Shown here: piece after piece, positions 36,513-46,705 of the stretch
Position numbering within the stretch: position 1 is the stretch's first letter
How the letters are laid out: each line of letters begins with the position of its first letter
IMG/VR virus record: IMGVR_UViG_3300008217_000010
Location: 1 to 57,970 of that record
Direction: 5' to 3' (one strand)
DNA length: 57,970 bases
Source: a virus
Lineage: Duplodnaviria > Caudoviricetes
Notes under the pieces: model-generated
Databases searched by the model: none
The model's input: only the letters and a program-made list of their open reading frames with translations
Told to the model about the DNA's origin: nothing
Translations under genes and position numbers: made by a program

Positions 36513-37312
36513 CCTACAACTGATAATTCGTTTAGAGGCATAGCACCATTTAGAAGTGTTCCATAAACACTTACAGTAGTAACTGATATCTCCTCATTTA
36601 AGAAGAAGACTGTCTCGTTATCATCCAGTTTAAAGTCATATGTAAGAGGTGGGTCTTCTCCAGAAATAGCCTGATTAAGCCTAACATAAACTTCTTCGGC
36701 TGCATTATTTGTAATCATTAAGATTGTAACAGCAGATGCAAATGTTAAAGTGCTAGGAGTTGCAGCAGTAATGGTGCCAGTAGCTCCTATACTTCCTCCA
36801 GTTTTAATAGCCACGTCATTTCTCCTATCAAATGTTATGTACCAGTATATCGTTAATCTTTGTGATGAAGTCTTGGTAATGTTAACAGCTACTCTAGCCC
36901 ACATATTAGTAGCTGAAGTATCGTCAAATAATCCAAGCTCTCTAATGGTTATGTTAGCTTCACCAGTTAGGAATTGTGTAATGAATCTTGAAGTATATAT
37001 AGACCGAATAGTCTTGCTATCAAATGCCTTAGCATTATTGGCTCCATCATATTGAGATAAAGTTTGTAATGCTGTATCTGAAGCGGCTGGAACATTAGTA
37101 CCAGTACCAACTGCTACAGTTCCAGGAAAGGTAATAGATGTACCAATCATGGCCTTAGCAAGATTTTCCCTTGTCAAGTTAACGATTACATTGGAACGTC
37201 CACCATCAGTAAACCTTCCAGTTTTAGCATCTGTTAATATCCATCGCACATATCCTTTAGCTTGCATACTGTAACGAATGGAACCACGAAATAGCTCTGA
37301 TGAACTTTTCAT
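36506..37312 (-). CDS. tail/baseplate protein (fibre-collar-like)
   Basis: N.IVN...VAVGTGT..P.ASDTAL...EANITIRELGLF...MWAR pattern. Start reassigned to MKSSSELF. Confidence 0.75.
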   Translation of the reverse strand: MKSSSELFRGSIRYSMQAKGYVRWILTDAKTGRFTDGGRSNVIVNLTRENLAKAMIGTSITFPGTVAVGTGTNVPAASDTALQTLSQYDGANNAKAFDSKTIRSIYTSRFITQFLTGEANITIRELGLFDDTSATNMWARVAVNITKTSSQRLTIYWYITFDRRNDVAIKTGGSIGATGTITAATPSTLTFASAVTILMITNNAAEEVYVRLNQAISGEDPPLTYDFKLDDNETVFFLNEEISVTTVSVYGTLLNGAMPLNELSVVGW

Positions 37313-37313
37313 A

Positions 37314-37577
37314 TTAACCCCAATTTGATGCAAATGACCATCTTCCTGAAATACTCCCGCTATTATTAACTTGGTCAGAAGCCCCAGATATTCCCCACAC
37401 ATGCACTGTAGCGGCATCTAAAAGAAACTCTTTAGTATGCTCATCTACTGGTTGTTGTTCTATATTATGAGACGACTTTTTAATGATAGTATTATCAGAG
37501 GTTGCTCTACGTTGAAACACTTCATTATACAAGTTCCCAATCAACTTAGATAAAAGTATTTGGTCATTATCAGCCAT
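37314..37577 (-). CDS. small tail protein
   Basis: Position in the tail module, C-terminal WG...RWSFASNWG. Confidence 0.6.
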   Translation of the reverse strand: MADNDQILLSKLIGNLYNEVFQRRATSDNTIIKKSSHNIEQQPVDEHTKEFLLDAATVHVWGISGASDQVNNSGSISGRWSFASNWG

Positions 37578-38971
37578 TACACAGCTACTCCATGAGGAAT
37601 ATTTGAATAGGTTATTTGACTTAAAACTACACTGTCAGATAACGTTGGGTCGTCGTTAGGAGTTAATATCTGCTTTGTAACAGATATGACAAACATAGCT
37701 TTCTGTGTGTCAACTTGGTCCCACTTACGTACAAATACTTGACCAGCCTCCCACCCTTTAAGCCAAGAAAAGAATGAACCACGTATCAGAACTGTAGATT
37801 TTCTAAGTAGTAGTATTTCTTCTATTCTATCCAGTTGTCCGATGTCAGTAACTCTTAATCCTGACGCTTGAGCAAACACAAATTGATGTATACCATCTCC
37901 TTGAGTTCTAGCTTTCATCTCATTGACAGCAGCAATGTTAATTGCTCCTTCAATATCATCTTTGATTTCATATTTGTATGTAACCTCTACAGCATCTCCA
38001 GCAGCTACAGCATTAGCAGATGCAAACCTAACATAAGATTTGTCATTACTTACAAATACAAACACTTCATTGGAAGCACCTGTACCATCAAAAATATCAC
38101 CATCTACATCTTCTGTTTTAAGTGTTTGAGCTACTGTTGCTAGTTTAACAGAAGTAACATGAATGAATCCAAAAGGTTTTCTACTTAGTGTGAAAATCTT
38201 TCTAACTTCACCATTATGGTCTGAACCCTGAGACCCTACAAATTCATCCACTTGATTTGACGTACTAATGTTGACGACATCACGGAGTACTAAAGCTGTC
38301 CCGATATCATCTATACTACATTCTTCTTCAATCTCAAAATATGTAGTAGTATCGCTATCTATATCAAGTGTTAATGCTGATAGCTGAGTTGCAACATTAG
38401 CGTTAACTGCCTTAAAATATACATTTTTATCAAAGTCTATCCACCATGTAAATCCAGCAGCTTGAGCTATTTGGTCAAAGGCTTGAGAAGGTCTAACCTT
38501 ATCAAATGTGAAATTTTCTAGTGTTGGGCCATCTATAATGTTAGTTACATTATCTTTGAAAAACTCATAGTGTATATCCGAATCACTGTCATTAAATAGG
38601 TCAGTCAATATATCTTTGATAGTTTGCCCAGCAGCTTGTGAACTGTATGTATTATTAACAAGCCGTCTATCTAAGAAGTATACATAATCCTTACATTGAC
38701 ATTGATGCAAGACTATCGAACGAGTTGGACCAAACTTCTTATTTATCTTAGTTATAATACCTGCGAACTCTCTAGTGGAGCCATCTTTAAAAATTACCTC
38801 CTGTCCTTCAATAGGACTGGCAATCTCATTAGATTGAATTACACAGGTAAAGTCCATAGTGTCAGCAGCAACTTCTACACTATTTTCTACTACAAGGCTT
38901 GTATAGTCGAGTACACCTAGATAGTCTACCCCAACTCCAGATGCTACATCTATTGTCAAATTTAAAGCCAT
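37577..38971 (-). CDS. baseplate hub / tail tip protein
   Basis: Follows the tape measure. FAGII...CKDY...LDRRLV...WWIDFDK..YF pattern. Confidence 0.75.
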   Translation of the reverse strand: MALNLTIDVASGVGVDYLGVLDYTSLVVENSVEVAADTMDFTCVIQSNEIASPIEGQEVIFKDGSTREFAGIITKINKKFGPTRSIVLHQCQCKDYVYFLDRRLVNNTYSSQAAGQTIKDILTDLFNDSDSDIHYEFFKDNVTNIIDGPTLENFTFDKVRPSQAFDQIAQAAGFTWWIDFDKNVYFKAVNANVATQLSALTLDIDSDTTTYFEIEEECSIDDIGTALVLRDVVNISTSNQVDEFVGSQGSDHNGEVRKIFTLSRKPFGFIHVTSVKLATVAQTLKTEDVDGDIFDGTGASNEVFVFVSNDKSYVRFASANAVAAGDAVEVTYKYEIKDDIEGAINIAAVNEMKARTQGDGIHQFVFAQASGLRVTDIGQLDRIEEILLLRKSTVLIRGSFFSWLKGWEAGQVFVRKWDQVDTQKAMFVISVTKQILTPNDDPTLSDSVVLSQITYSNIPHGVAV

Positions 38972-39024
38972 TCAGCGATACCACCGTTAATGGGTTGGGA
39001 CAGATTCAGCCTTACATGATTCTC

Positions 39025-39118
39025 GGTCACAGAATCGAAATTGTGACCTACAGACCTCGTTTCATGTGTCATTCGTCACCTAGCCAGATTAGAACCCCGG
39101 AAAATCGTTTATAGGCAT
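39025..39118 (+). repeat. dispersed non-coding element, copy C
   Basis: GGTCACAGAATCGAAATTGT...AACCCC...AATCGTTTATAGGC. Confidence 0.65.
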
Positions 39119-39133
39119 TTTGAATAATATACG

Positions 39134-41038
39134 TTAAGGTACTAAAGGTGCTGAAGTAATGCTACCACCCCTGGTAATACCTTTCAATATCTCACCAGCC
39201 ATAGTTCTTCCAGCTATTGCAGGATCAGCATTTCCAAAGTTATTGTCACGTATGTTAATAGTGATAGAACTTGAAGCTATACTACCTTGCGCTCTACTAT
39301 TACGACCAATGCCTTGAGATACTATTCCTCTTGTACTAAACTGTCCTAGCAGCCTTGATGCGTTAACAACAGAAGTATCAATGTTTTGGATACCTCTAAC
39401 TATACCCAATCCTAAACCTTCTCCTATAGCTATCCCTACTTTAGAAGGCGAGAAAGGCCATAAATTACCTAAGCCAGACCTAAATGCCCCCAAAATGCTA
39501 CCACCCAAACCTCTTACGTGGTCAAGCAGCCATGTTTTTTTAGATCTTATTCCATCCCATAAGCCTACTGCAATACTTACTCCAACATTAAAAATGTCCA
39601 AAGCTAGGTTTCCTGCTAAGCTTAATATCTTTTTAATGAATGTTCTTTCGTAGGTAAGTACAAGTAGTGTCCAAAGTGTTCGTCCTATAGATTGTATATC
39701 AAGCCACATGTCAGTAAACTTATATCTCATAACGTTTCCAAACCATCCGAAGTTATTAATAATAGGATTGATTAGTAAGTCGAAGAATATACTTCTAATA
39801 ATATTTACAAAAAATATTGTTATAGTTGTCATAGGCTGCCATACAGTCATACTCCAAAGTGCTCCCATATCTCCACCAAGAATCCTCATGATATTACTTC
39901 CAAAGTTAATCCATGAAATCTGAAAGTCTTGCCACCATTCAGCAATATCAGTTTCTATAGGAACGAACAGTGATCCAAATTCTTCTTTAGCTTTTCTCAT
40001 TTTAGTTTGAAATTGACCAGTATCCGTAGCGTTCAAACGGTCAACAGCTTCTTGCCATTGTCCTTCACCTTCTATTAATTGTCTAAAGAAAATATCAGTG
40101 TCAGCAGTAGTAGTTGGGTCTAAGAAGTCTTTAAAGGCAGTAGTCATACTGTCTATATCTTTAAGTGCATTCGGTACAACTCCAACGTGCATAAGTTGTA
40201 ATGCCTCTGCAAATGCGTCAAGCTCTTGATTATCTAATGCAACATCCTCTCTTAATAAAGTAAGCTGTGCTCTAAGTAATTCAGATGTTAAACCTAAATC
40301 TTTACCAGAACCTTCTGCACCAGAGAGAGCTTGCTGATAAGCGTCCGCTCCACCAGTTAGAATAAAGAACTGGTCTTGAAGTATGTTGAACTTAGACCCT
40401 TGGCTAATCAAAGCTTTAAATCCAAAGAATAGCCCACCGAGAGCCAATCCAACTCCAGCTACCATAAGTGACAGTCTTAAGAATCCAGTAAACTGCAAAA
40501 AGATTAAGCTAAAAGCCAATCCCATTACATTCCTTTGCAGACCTGCCATAGCTATCATAGCACCCTGAGAAGCAGCAGATAACTGTTTCATTCTAGTAGC
40601 TGTAGCTCCACTAACATCTCCCATCATTTGAAAGCCACCAGTAGCAGAAGCTTCTCTAGCTGTATTCTCTGCCACTTTAGTTGAGGCAGACAGTTCATTC
40701 ATTGATGCTGATGTATTTTGCAAAGTACGACTTAGTACAACGTTTGAGGTGTTAGCAGTAGCAAGCATTTGCCTTTGAAGGTTTAACAGTGAGCCAGAAG
40801 TGACATTTCCTGATTGAGTGATTCGATTGAAGTTGTTATCAACAGCAATTAAAGCAGGAGAAGCACTAGCATTAGTAGCTGTGGCTACTCTCATAATCTC
40901 GTTTTGCATTACTCTAAGATTAGGAATTAACGCGTTAGTAGATGTAACAAGACTTTGTGTTGCTACTTTAATTTTGGTTAAGCTATCAGGAGCGTTACCA
41001 CTTATATTAAACAATGCACGAAATAATTGAAAAGCCAT
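39134..41038 (-). CDS. tape measure protein
   Basis: 634 aa, Ala/Gly-rich helical with hydrophobic segments, C-terminal PFSPSK..I.IG..LG.GI..GI, positioned in the tail module. Confidence 0.85.
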   Translation of the reverse strand: MAFQLFRALFNISGNAPDSLTKIKVATQSLVTSTNALIPNLRVMQNEIMRVATATNASASPALIAVDNNFNRITQSGNVTSGSLLNLQRQMLATANTSNVVLSRTLQNTSASMNELSASTKVAENTAREASATGGFQMMGDVSGATATRMKQLSAASQGAMIAMAGLQRNVMGLAFSLIFLQFTGFLRLSLMVAGVGLALGGLFFGFKALISQGSKFNILQDQFFILTGGADAYQQALSGAEGSGKDLGLTSELLRAQLTLLREDVALDNQELDAFAEALQLMHVGVVPNALKDIDSMTTAFKDFLDPTTTADTDIFFRQLIEGEGQWQEAVDRLNATDTGQFQTKMRKAKEEFGSLFVPIETDIAEWWQDFQISWINFGSNIMRILGGDMGALWSMTVWQPMTTITIFFVNIIRSIFFDLLINPIINNFGWFGNVMRYKFTDMWLDIQSIGRTLWTLLVLTYERTFIKKILSLAGNLALDIFNVGVSIAVGLWDGIRSKKTWLLDHVRGLGGSILGAFRSGLGNLWPFSPSKVGIAIGEGLGLGIVRGIQNIDTSVVNASRLLGQFSTRGIVSQGIGRNSRAQGSIASSSITINIRDNNFGNADPAIAGRTMAGEILKGITRGGSITSAPLVP

Positions 41039-41049
41039 CTGTTATTCCT

Positions 41050-41694
41050 TTACTTAGAGAATGTGAATCTTCCGCCAATACCACCAGGAGAACCAGCAAT
41101 GTTACGAGCTACAACTTGTCCAGTTGATGAGGTCGTAAAGAATATCTGCCTCATCATTGAGAATACCCTAACTGCTTCTTCTTCTGCTATACTTTCTGCT
41201 AGTGGTGTTAATCCTGTAATAGCTCCATCAGGATTAGATAATAAAAAGATTCTACTCAATACAGGATGAGGCAGTATTCCACGCTCTCTAATACCCATAG
41301 TAATTTTGCCTGCTCCTATAAAATCAGCACCAAGTTTTGTATCAGCCCATCTAGCTATAGAGCTAACTGGAACTAAAGGATTAGGTTGAGCACCGAACTC
41401 TAATGTTTTCCAATAAATACTAAGTCGTCTAGCATTTTCACCAGAAGGAACAAGAGCTAAAGCTGCCTGTGGTTCCTTACCACCAAACTCGGTTATTATT
41501 TCAAAGCTCTGTTCATATGTGCCAGTAGCTCTAATTCCTTGTTTAAGCATTTGGTCTAATACTTCTTCTCTATACCTAGCAACAACGTTAATAAGCCATG
41601 TTTGTTTAACATTAGGCAGAGATGTAAGTATTCTACTAATTACTTGGTTATAAGATAACCATCCTGAAAAGTCTATTTTACCTAGAACTGGCAT
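41050..41694 (-). CDS. HK97 gp10-like neck/tail component
   Basis: ATG...S...YW..LEFG..P...IARW...KLG...I..RGI.PHP. Confidence 0.65.
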   Translation of the reverse strand: MPVLGKIDFSGWLSYNQVISRILTSLPNVKQTWLINVVARYREEVLDQMLKQGIRATGTYEQSFEIITEFGGKEPQAALALVPSGENARRLSIYWKTLEFGAQPNPLVPVSSIARWADTKLGADFIGAGKITMGIRERGILPHPVLSRIFLLSNPDGAITGLTPLAESIAEEEAVRVFSMMRQIFFTTSSTGQVVARNIAGSPGGIGGRFTFSK

Positions 41695-42372
41695 GTAATG
41701 ATTCCTTAGCCTTGTCTAGTGCAATCTTTCGTTTAGTAGCTACACCGTTGGCTTCATTCATCATAGAGACTCTCTGAATATCCCAATATGTAGCTCGTGC
41801 TCTAACTTCCCAGGGAGGACAATTCCATTGCTCTCCTAAAAATATATCCCAATATTCTTCACTAACCCATGCAAACCTATTAGGATTAGGAGTTCTATCA
41901 TTGACTACGGCTTCACTATAGGTAATGAGTTCCCTAATCCATTCGACTCTGGAATCCCTTGGTCTATTTTTTGGTTGCTCTGTGTTTGTGCCATCCGAGC
42001 TAAAAAACTTTTAGTAGTCGGGTCATTGTTAATTTGAGAAACTATAGATTGCAAGTAGAATTCACGAACTTGTTTCCAGACTTCTGGGTCCTCGCTTGGG
42101 ACTGGTAGAATATCCTCTGAGTCTTTTGCTGTTAAATTCCAAGCAATTATCAGAGACACAGTATGTGCAAAGCTGGCATCAATATCATTTAGAAAGTCTG
42201 ATAGTTTCTTGTAATCATTTTCAGTCTTGATATTATCATTATATCCAGCATGTTTAGAAAGGTAGTCCATGCTCTCTTGATGAGTTAGCATACCTGGACG
42301 CTTATATGTTACCCACAACTCTTCAGCGTCACAATCTGCAAGGTTAATAGTATTATTATCCGTATATGGCAT
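41678..42372 (-). CDS. tail assembly chaperone, -1 frameshift-extended form (gpGT-like)
   Basis: Slippery TTTTTTA at 42007-42001. The -1 frame is open to TAA 41680-41678 and contains EQWNCPPWEV. Confidence 0.75.
41905..42372 (-). CDS. tail assembly chaperone (gpG-like)
   Basis: IIAWNLT...LP motif, located between tube and tape measure. Confidence 0.75.
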   Translation of the reverse strand: MPYTDNNTINLADCDAEELWVTYKRPGMLTHQESMDYLSKHAGYNDNIKTENDYKKLSDFLNDIDASFAHTVSLIIAWNLTAKDSEDILPVPSEDPEVWKQVREFYLQSIVSQINNDPTTKSFLARMAQTQSNQKIDQGIPESNGLGNSLPIVKP

Positions 42373-43102
42373 TTAAGTCACTCGTCTTATTTATAAGGAT
42401 TCCTTTGTTAGTGGTATATTTAACCATGAAATCCTTGTTGTCTCTATCTTTAGTAACATGAATTTCATAAACTTTGAACTTTTCTCCTTCTAACTCTTTC
42501 TCTATGATAATTCCATTATGCTCTCTTCCTCTACTAATACATAATATCTTAATAAAGTTTATAATAGATTTTGAATAATACCATTGCTTTCCATTTCTTT
42601 CCATTTCTGGAATTACACCTATAGACCTCCAATACCTTAACGTTCTAATGTTAACATCATAACCTTCGTCTTTTAGATGGTCAATAAGTTCTTCTTGAGT
42701 GATATTATCAGAACCTTCAATAGATGTTGTAGCTCTACCAAAACTTGTTTTACCACTGAACTCATCATATTGGTGTTTCTTATTATGTCTATTAAAGTAA
42801 CTTCTTTGTACGTTAACTGAATGTGTTACTGCCTCAAGGTGAATTGGAGCAACACACGCTCTATTTTGACAAGTATGGTCAACCTCAAATCTATCTTCTA
42901 ACTCACCACAAAAAACAATGTACGAAAACACATGAGCTAAAGTTGTATCTAAATAAGAGTTAAACTGACCATATCCATTAGATATAATTGAACCTTGCCA
43001 TATCCAACAAGAGTTACTAATTTTAATGTTAGACATAAACAAGTCAATCCAAGACTTTACAGCCTTGTCATGTTGACTCTCTGTAACTTTCATTAAAACC
43101 AT
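42356..43102 (-). CDS. HNH homing endonuclease fused to a MerR-like HTH
   Basis: CWIWQG..NGYG..AHVFSY..VDHTCQNRACV.P.HL, then RTLRYWRSIGVIP. Confidence 0.85.
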   Translation of the reverse strand: MVLMKVTESQHDKAVKSWIDLFMSNIKISNSCWIWQGSIISNGYGQFNSYLDTTLAHVFSYIVFCGELEDRFEVDHTCQNRACVAPIHLEAVTHSVNVQRSYFNRHNKKHQYDEFSGKTSFGRATTSIEGSDNITQEELIDHLKDEGYDVNIRTLRYWRSIGVIPEMERNGKQWYYSKSIINFIKILCISRGREHNGIIIEKELEGEKFKVYEIHVTKDRDNKDFMVKYTTNKGILINKTSDLNAIYG

Positions 43103-43118
43103 ATGTCAGTAATTCCTA

Positions 43119-43152
43119 TTTTTAAGGCCAGCCTTCACAGCCAGCCTTAAAA
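43119..43152 (-). terminator. hairpin after the tail tube gene
   Basis: Minus strand TTTTAAGGCTGGC...GCTGGCCTTAAAA. Confidence 0.55.
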
Positions 43153-43156
43153 TCTC

Positions 43157-44242
43157 TTAGTATCTAGTTGGAGTGCCTGTAGCTGCGTTAGCCTCTGTAG
43201 TTAAAGTTTCTATTGGACCTTGTATTGAAGCTACTGCTCCTGTATCACTATTATCAGTAGCAATTTCACCTGCGGCCTCAGAGTATAGCCCTCTAGCTGA
43301 GAGTGCAAGTGTCATAGTCTCTCCAGATGAATCAACTTCAGCAGGTGCCTCCAAAAGGGACGCAGTTTCCATTGATATATCAAAGCCTCGTAAAGCGGTA
43401 GTTGCAAGACCATTAGTAAAATTAGTAGTAATTTCTACTTGTGTTCCAGCTTTGAACAAATCTAGCTCAGTCGCGCTATAGTCGAATACCATAGCTACTG
43501 TAGCTTCAAGTGGTCCAAAGTGCAAGGCTTTGAATAACTGAGAAGATGCTCCAGTGTACAATCTGTTCTCTGACCTCTTGAGTGACCATTCAGCAGAAAT
43601 CAGATTAGTATTAGCAGAGCCATTAAATACTAAAGCAGCTTGCCAGCCTGGGAAAGGATCCTCTAGTGTAGTATCCTGTGAAGCCAGCAAATCCATAGTA
43701 TCTGTTTCTTTAGTAAAGTTTCTACCGATAAGAGTAGCACTATAAGTTAATAGGCCTTCACCAGTATTGAAACTGATAGTTAGCTCTGTACAACGACACC
43801 CTTCGAATTCTCTAAAGTTAGCAGCGGCTAAGTTATCATAATGTTGGATAGTAAGGTATTCATGCTCGTTACCCAACATACGATAATGCTTATAAACTGC
43901 ATTGGTACTAATCTCAATTGGAGTAGGGTATGCAGTTGCATTAGTACCAGTTGCCAAGATACTGCGTAACAACATACCAATTGGAGAACCAGTGAGGGCG
44001 TTCATTTGAATAACGCCTTCCATAGTTATCTCTACATGTTTAACACCTTGAACCGCTCGAAAGTCCATAGCATCAGGGCCACGCCTTCCATTATCTAGTA
44101 ACTGCTCGTAGTTCTCCTTAGCACTAAAGCTTGTCACAGGCATCATATGTGTACCTGGGTCAGTCGGAGTACCAAGGTTAGCAAAGGTCTGTAACGCTAG
44201 GGTAACTACTTCTCTATGAGAACGATGCTGTAAAGTTACCAT
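43157..44242 (-). CDS. major tail (tube) protein
   Basis: 361 aa, LTIQ....REFEGC....LTISF....LL pattern, position in the tail module. Confidence 0.8.
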   Translation of the reverse strand: MVTLQHRSHREVVTLALQTFANLGTPTDPGTHMMPVTSFSAKENYEQLLDNGRRGPDAMDFRAVQGVKHVEITMEGVIQMNALTGSPIGMLLRSILATGTNATAYPTPIEISTNAVYKHYRMLGNEHEYLTIQHYDNLAAANFREFEGCRCTELTISFNTGEGLLTYSATLIGRNFTKETDTMDLLASQDTTLEDPFPGWQAALVFNGSANTNLISAEWSLKRSENRLYTGASSQLFKALHFGPLEATVAMVFDYSATELDLFKAGTQVEITTNFTNGLATTALRGFDISMETASLLEAPAEVDSSGETMTLALSARGLYSEAAGEIATDNSDTGAVASIQGPIETLTTEANAATGTPTRY

Positions 44243-44484
44243 TATTTATCACCTTGTTCTTTAGTTTTAGTTTTAACTTGCTCAGGCTTGGACCTTTCCC
44301 ACTCGTTGTTTATATTTAACCAAGGTAAGACATCAAGCGTATCAGAAAACTCGTCTAATAGGCTTTGAACTTCTTCTTCAGGACATGCTACCTCATGATT
44401 TTTACAACCATGATTATGACCCTGACTACATATGTAAGCCCTCTCTGAATTTTTGTGAATTGAATAAAGTGTTACGCTAGCCAT
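44242..44484 (-). CDS. hypothetical protein
   Basis: Coupled ORF. Confidence 0.6.
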   Translation of the reverse strand: MASVTLYSIHKNSERAYICSQGHNHGCKNHEVACPEEEVQSLLDEFSDTLDVLPWLNINNEWERSKPEQVKTKTKEQGDK

Positions 44485-44495
44485 TTGTTAAATCC

Positions 44496-44993
44496 TTATA
44501 AAGGAGTAATACCTTTTATACTAGGTACTGCGTAGAAGCTTAGTATTACATGATGTACGAAGTAATCACCAAAGAATTGGTGGTCTATCTCGTATGTAAT
44601 CGCACTTCTAATCAAGGCTGTTTGATTAAGCGATATATTAGCTTCGAATTTAGCTTCAAGAGTATCTAGCAAAGCCTGAAATTCTATATCAGTATCATCG
44701 TCTCTGAAAGATGCCCACCCTTCAATCTTGAAGTCATATCTAGCTAACTTACTTTTAATAGGAATTGCAATTTCAGTTCCTAAGCTATTTTCTCTGGAAC
44801 CATAATCAAATCCTCCACCAGAACGATAAATCATCCAAGACCGTATTTGGTTTTGACCATCTATATCTTCTGCAAATGCTGTTATAAAGTTACCTTGGTC
44901 ATTAGTCCAACGAATAGAGTCATAGACTTTTCCGATATTAGGAACTTCCTCCAAGATAGTTTTAATTGCAGCTTGTATTTCAAGTCGTGGCAT
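44496..44993 (-). CDS. putative tail completion/terminator protein
   Basis: IKTILEEVPNIGKVYD..RW, just upstream of the tube gene. Confidence 0.6.
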   Translation of the reverse strand: MPRLEIQAAIKTILEEVPNIGKVYDSIRWTNDQGNFITAFAEDIDGQNQIRSWMIYRSGGGFDYGSRENSLGTEIAIPIKSKLARYDFKIEGWASFRDDDTDIEFQALLDTLEAKFEANISLNQTALIRSAITYEIDHQFFGDYFVHHVILSFYAVPSIKGITPL

Positions 44994-45724
44994 TATCTTC
45001 TACTAGCTGAACGATGTGTTAAGAATGGCTGATTGTCAGCAAAAGAGAATCCGAAGTTAATATCTCTAACTATTGATGCAGCTTTTAATGGGTCAGAAAT
45101 CCATTCATTATACATCTTTTTGAACGCTTCGGATTGCATCCTGTATTCTTGAGATTTAGTACGATAATTAACTACGTCTGCTCTAAGAGTAGGGTCAGAC
45201 GTTCCTGAGAACTTTGCAGCTAGAGCCATTAGTGCTTGACTAACTGCGTACAAGACAATAGCATCTTTATCTAGGTCTGGAACTGAATCTACGGTCTCGC
45301 TATCAAGTTCATTTATAGTGTGAGGAATTGTGTACGTAACTCTTATCGTATCAGAAGAACTAGGCTTTGTAGTCTTTAAATGAATACGTAAAGCAGTTTC
45401 ATCACGATACAAATCCCACTCATCACGGTCTAAAAAGTTTGGAAGCTCATTGCTTGCTATCACAGGAGCTTTAGCTTCTATTTGTGTTATCTTGCTTGAA
45501 CCATCTACATAATCTGGTAGATTTGTAGAGTTAACTGTTATGTACCTAGTATCACTTCCAGTAATTGCTGACACCTTGATTAATGGCTTGTCTATAGAAT
45601 AACGACGCAATGCACGGCGAACAAAGTTTCCATAAGGATCCTCACCCATATCATATTGAGTTTCACCAGCAACTTCAAGAACTCCTTGCCTCGTTTCTAA
45701 TATGTATTCTGAAAGCTTAGCCAT
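44993..45724 (-). CDS. putative head-tail adaptor
   Basis: ALRRYS..KP...RVTYT.PH...A.VLYA pattern and position. Confidence 0.6.
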   Translation of the reverse strand: MAKLSEYILETRQGVLEVAGETQYDMGEDPYGNFVRRALRRYSIDKPLIKVSAITGSDTRYITVNSTNLPDYVDGSSKITQIEAKAPVIASNELPNFLDRDEWDLYRDETALRIHLKTTKPSSSDTIRVTYTIPHTINELDSETVDSVPDLDKDAIVLYAVSQALMALAAKFSGTSDPTLRADVVNYRTKSQEYRMQSEAFKKMYNEWISDPLKAASIVRDINFGFSFADNQPFLTHRSASRR

Positions 45725-46110
45725 TATGTTATCGGCCTTCTAACACCAAAGCTGAAAGGTCCAAAGTTTCGTATATTTAAGTCTGCTTCTAATAGTTTAA
45801 CATCTGCTAAATGGAGTACTGTGTCCAAAGGACTCCCTAATGATGGACTTATTAAAGCACTACTCTCTGTATCTAATATACTAAGAGTTACTATCCCACT
45901 TGCAGCAGTTGTTATAGCTACAGCATGGTCAGAGATAACATTAGAGTTTCTGCCTTCTGCTCGTATTGAGCATGTAACAGTACCTCCTGTTACATCTAAA
46001 GTACTCCCACCATTCTTGGTTAGAGTAAATACTATATCGAAGTCGGTGCCAGCAACAATCACAACATCGTCATTGTTAGAGTCTAATAACTTTTTAGGTA
46101 CTACAGCCAT
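45724..46110 (-). CDS. BppU-N-like Ig-fold virion protein
   Basis: G....I.FTL....LDVTG.TV...ITTAASGIV. Confidence 0.6.
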   Translation of the reverse strand: MAVVPKKLLDSNNDDVVIVAGTDFDIVFTLTKNGGSTLDVTGGTVTCSIRAEGRNSNVISDHAVAITTAASGIVTLSILDTESSALISPSLGSPLDTVLHLADVKLLEADLNIRNFGPFSFGVRRPIT

Positions 46111-46125
46111 TGCTACCTAATAGCT

Positions 46126-46266
46126 CTACTTCGAATCTTTTGAGTCTAATGTGATTGACGCGCTAATTTTACCATCTAATGTTATACCCTGAGATAGCAC
46201 TCTGTCAAGGGTTATAGTTATAGAGGTTTTGGCATCTAACTTAATAGAGTAAGAGGTATTAGCCAT
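46126..46266 (-). CDS. 46-aa repeat peptide (I-K/T-LD every 11 aa)
   Basis: MANTSYSIKLDAKTSITITLDRVLSQGITLDGKISASITLDSKDSK, below the ORF-track size cutoff. Confidence 0.55.
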   Translation of the reverse strand: MANTSYSIKLDAKTSITITLDRVLSQGITLDGKISASITLDSKDSK

Positions 46267-46287
46267 TAAGTATTTATACTCTCGATG

Positions 46288-46674
46288 TTATGCACCTGAA
46301 AAGTCAGTTTCGTATATTACTTCTACTTCTACTGAATCAGTACCATTGTCAGCTTGGGCTACTGTTACTTCTACTCCGTTAACAGTAGCAAATTTGTCAT
46401 AAGTAGTTAAGTTGGCACCAGTGTTATCCTGCTCTAGAACTCTAGGATAATGCTTAGTATTAGCGTTCTGATTTGTAAAGGTAGCAACTGTCTCAATATC
46501 AGTTGTACTATCACCATCTTGAGTAATAGTGATAGTAGTATCCATAGTTGCAGGCATACCTGTAGGAATTAATAAGATAGCTAATATCTTACCAATAAAA
46601 GGGATATGTCCATTAGCTGCTGCAACTCCTGCACCGCCTGTAGGACTTAACTTGATTTTGCTTGAGTTAATCAT
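46288..46674 (-). CDS. virion structural protein (beta-rich)
   Basis: Thr/Gly-rich, in the head module. Confidence 0.6.
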   Translation of the reverse strand: MINSSKIKLSPTGGAGVAAANGHIPFIGKILAILLIPTGMPATMDTTITITQDGDSTTDIETVATFTNQNANTKHYPRVLEQDNTGANLTTYDKFATVNGVEVTVAQADNGTDSVEVEVIYETDFSGA

Positions 46675-46705
46675 ATGACAGTTATCTGAACCTTCTTAAT
46701 AAAGA

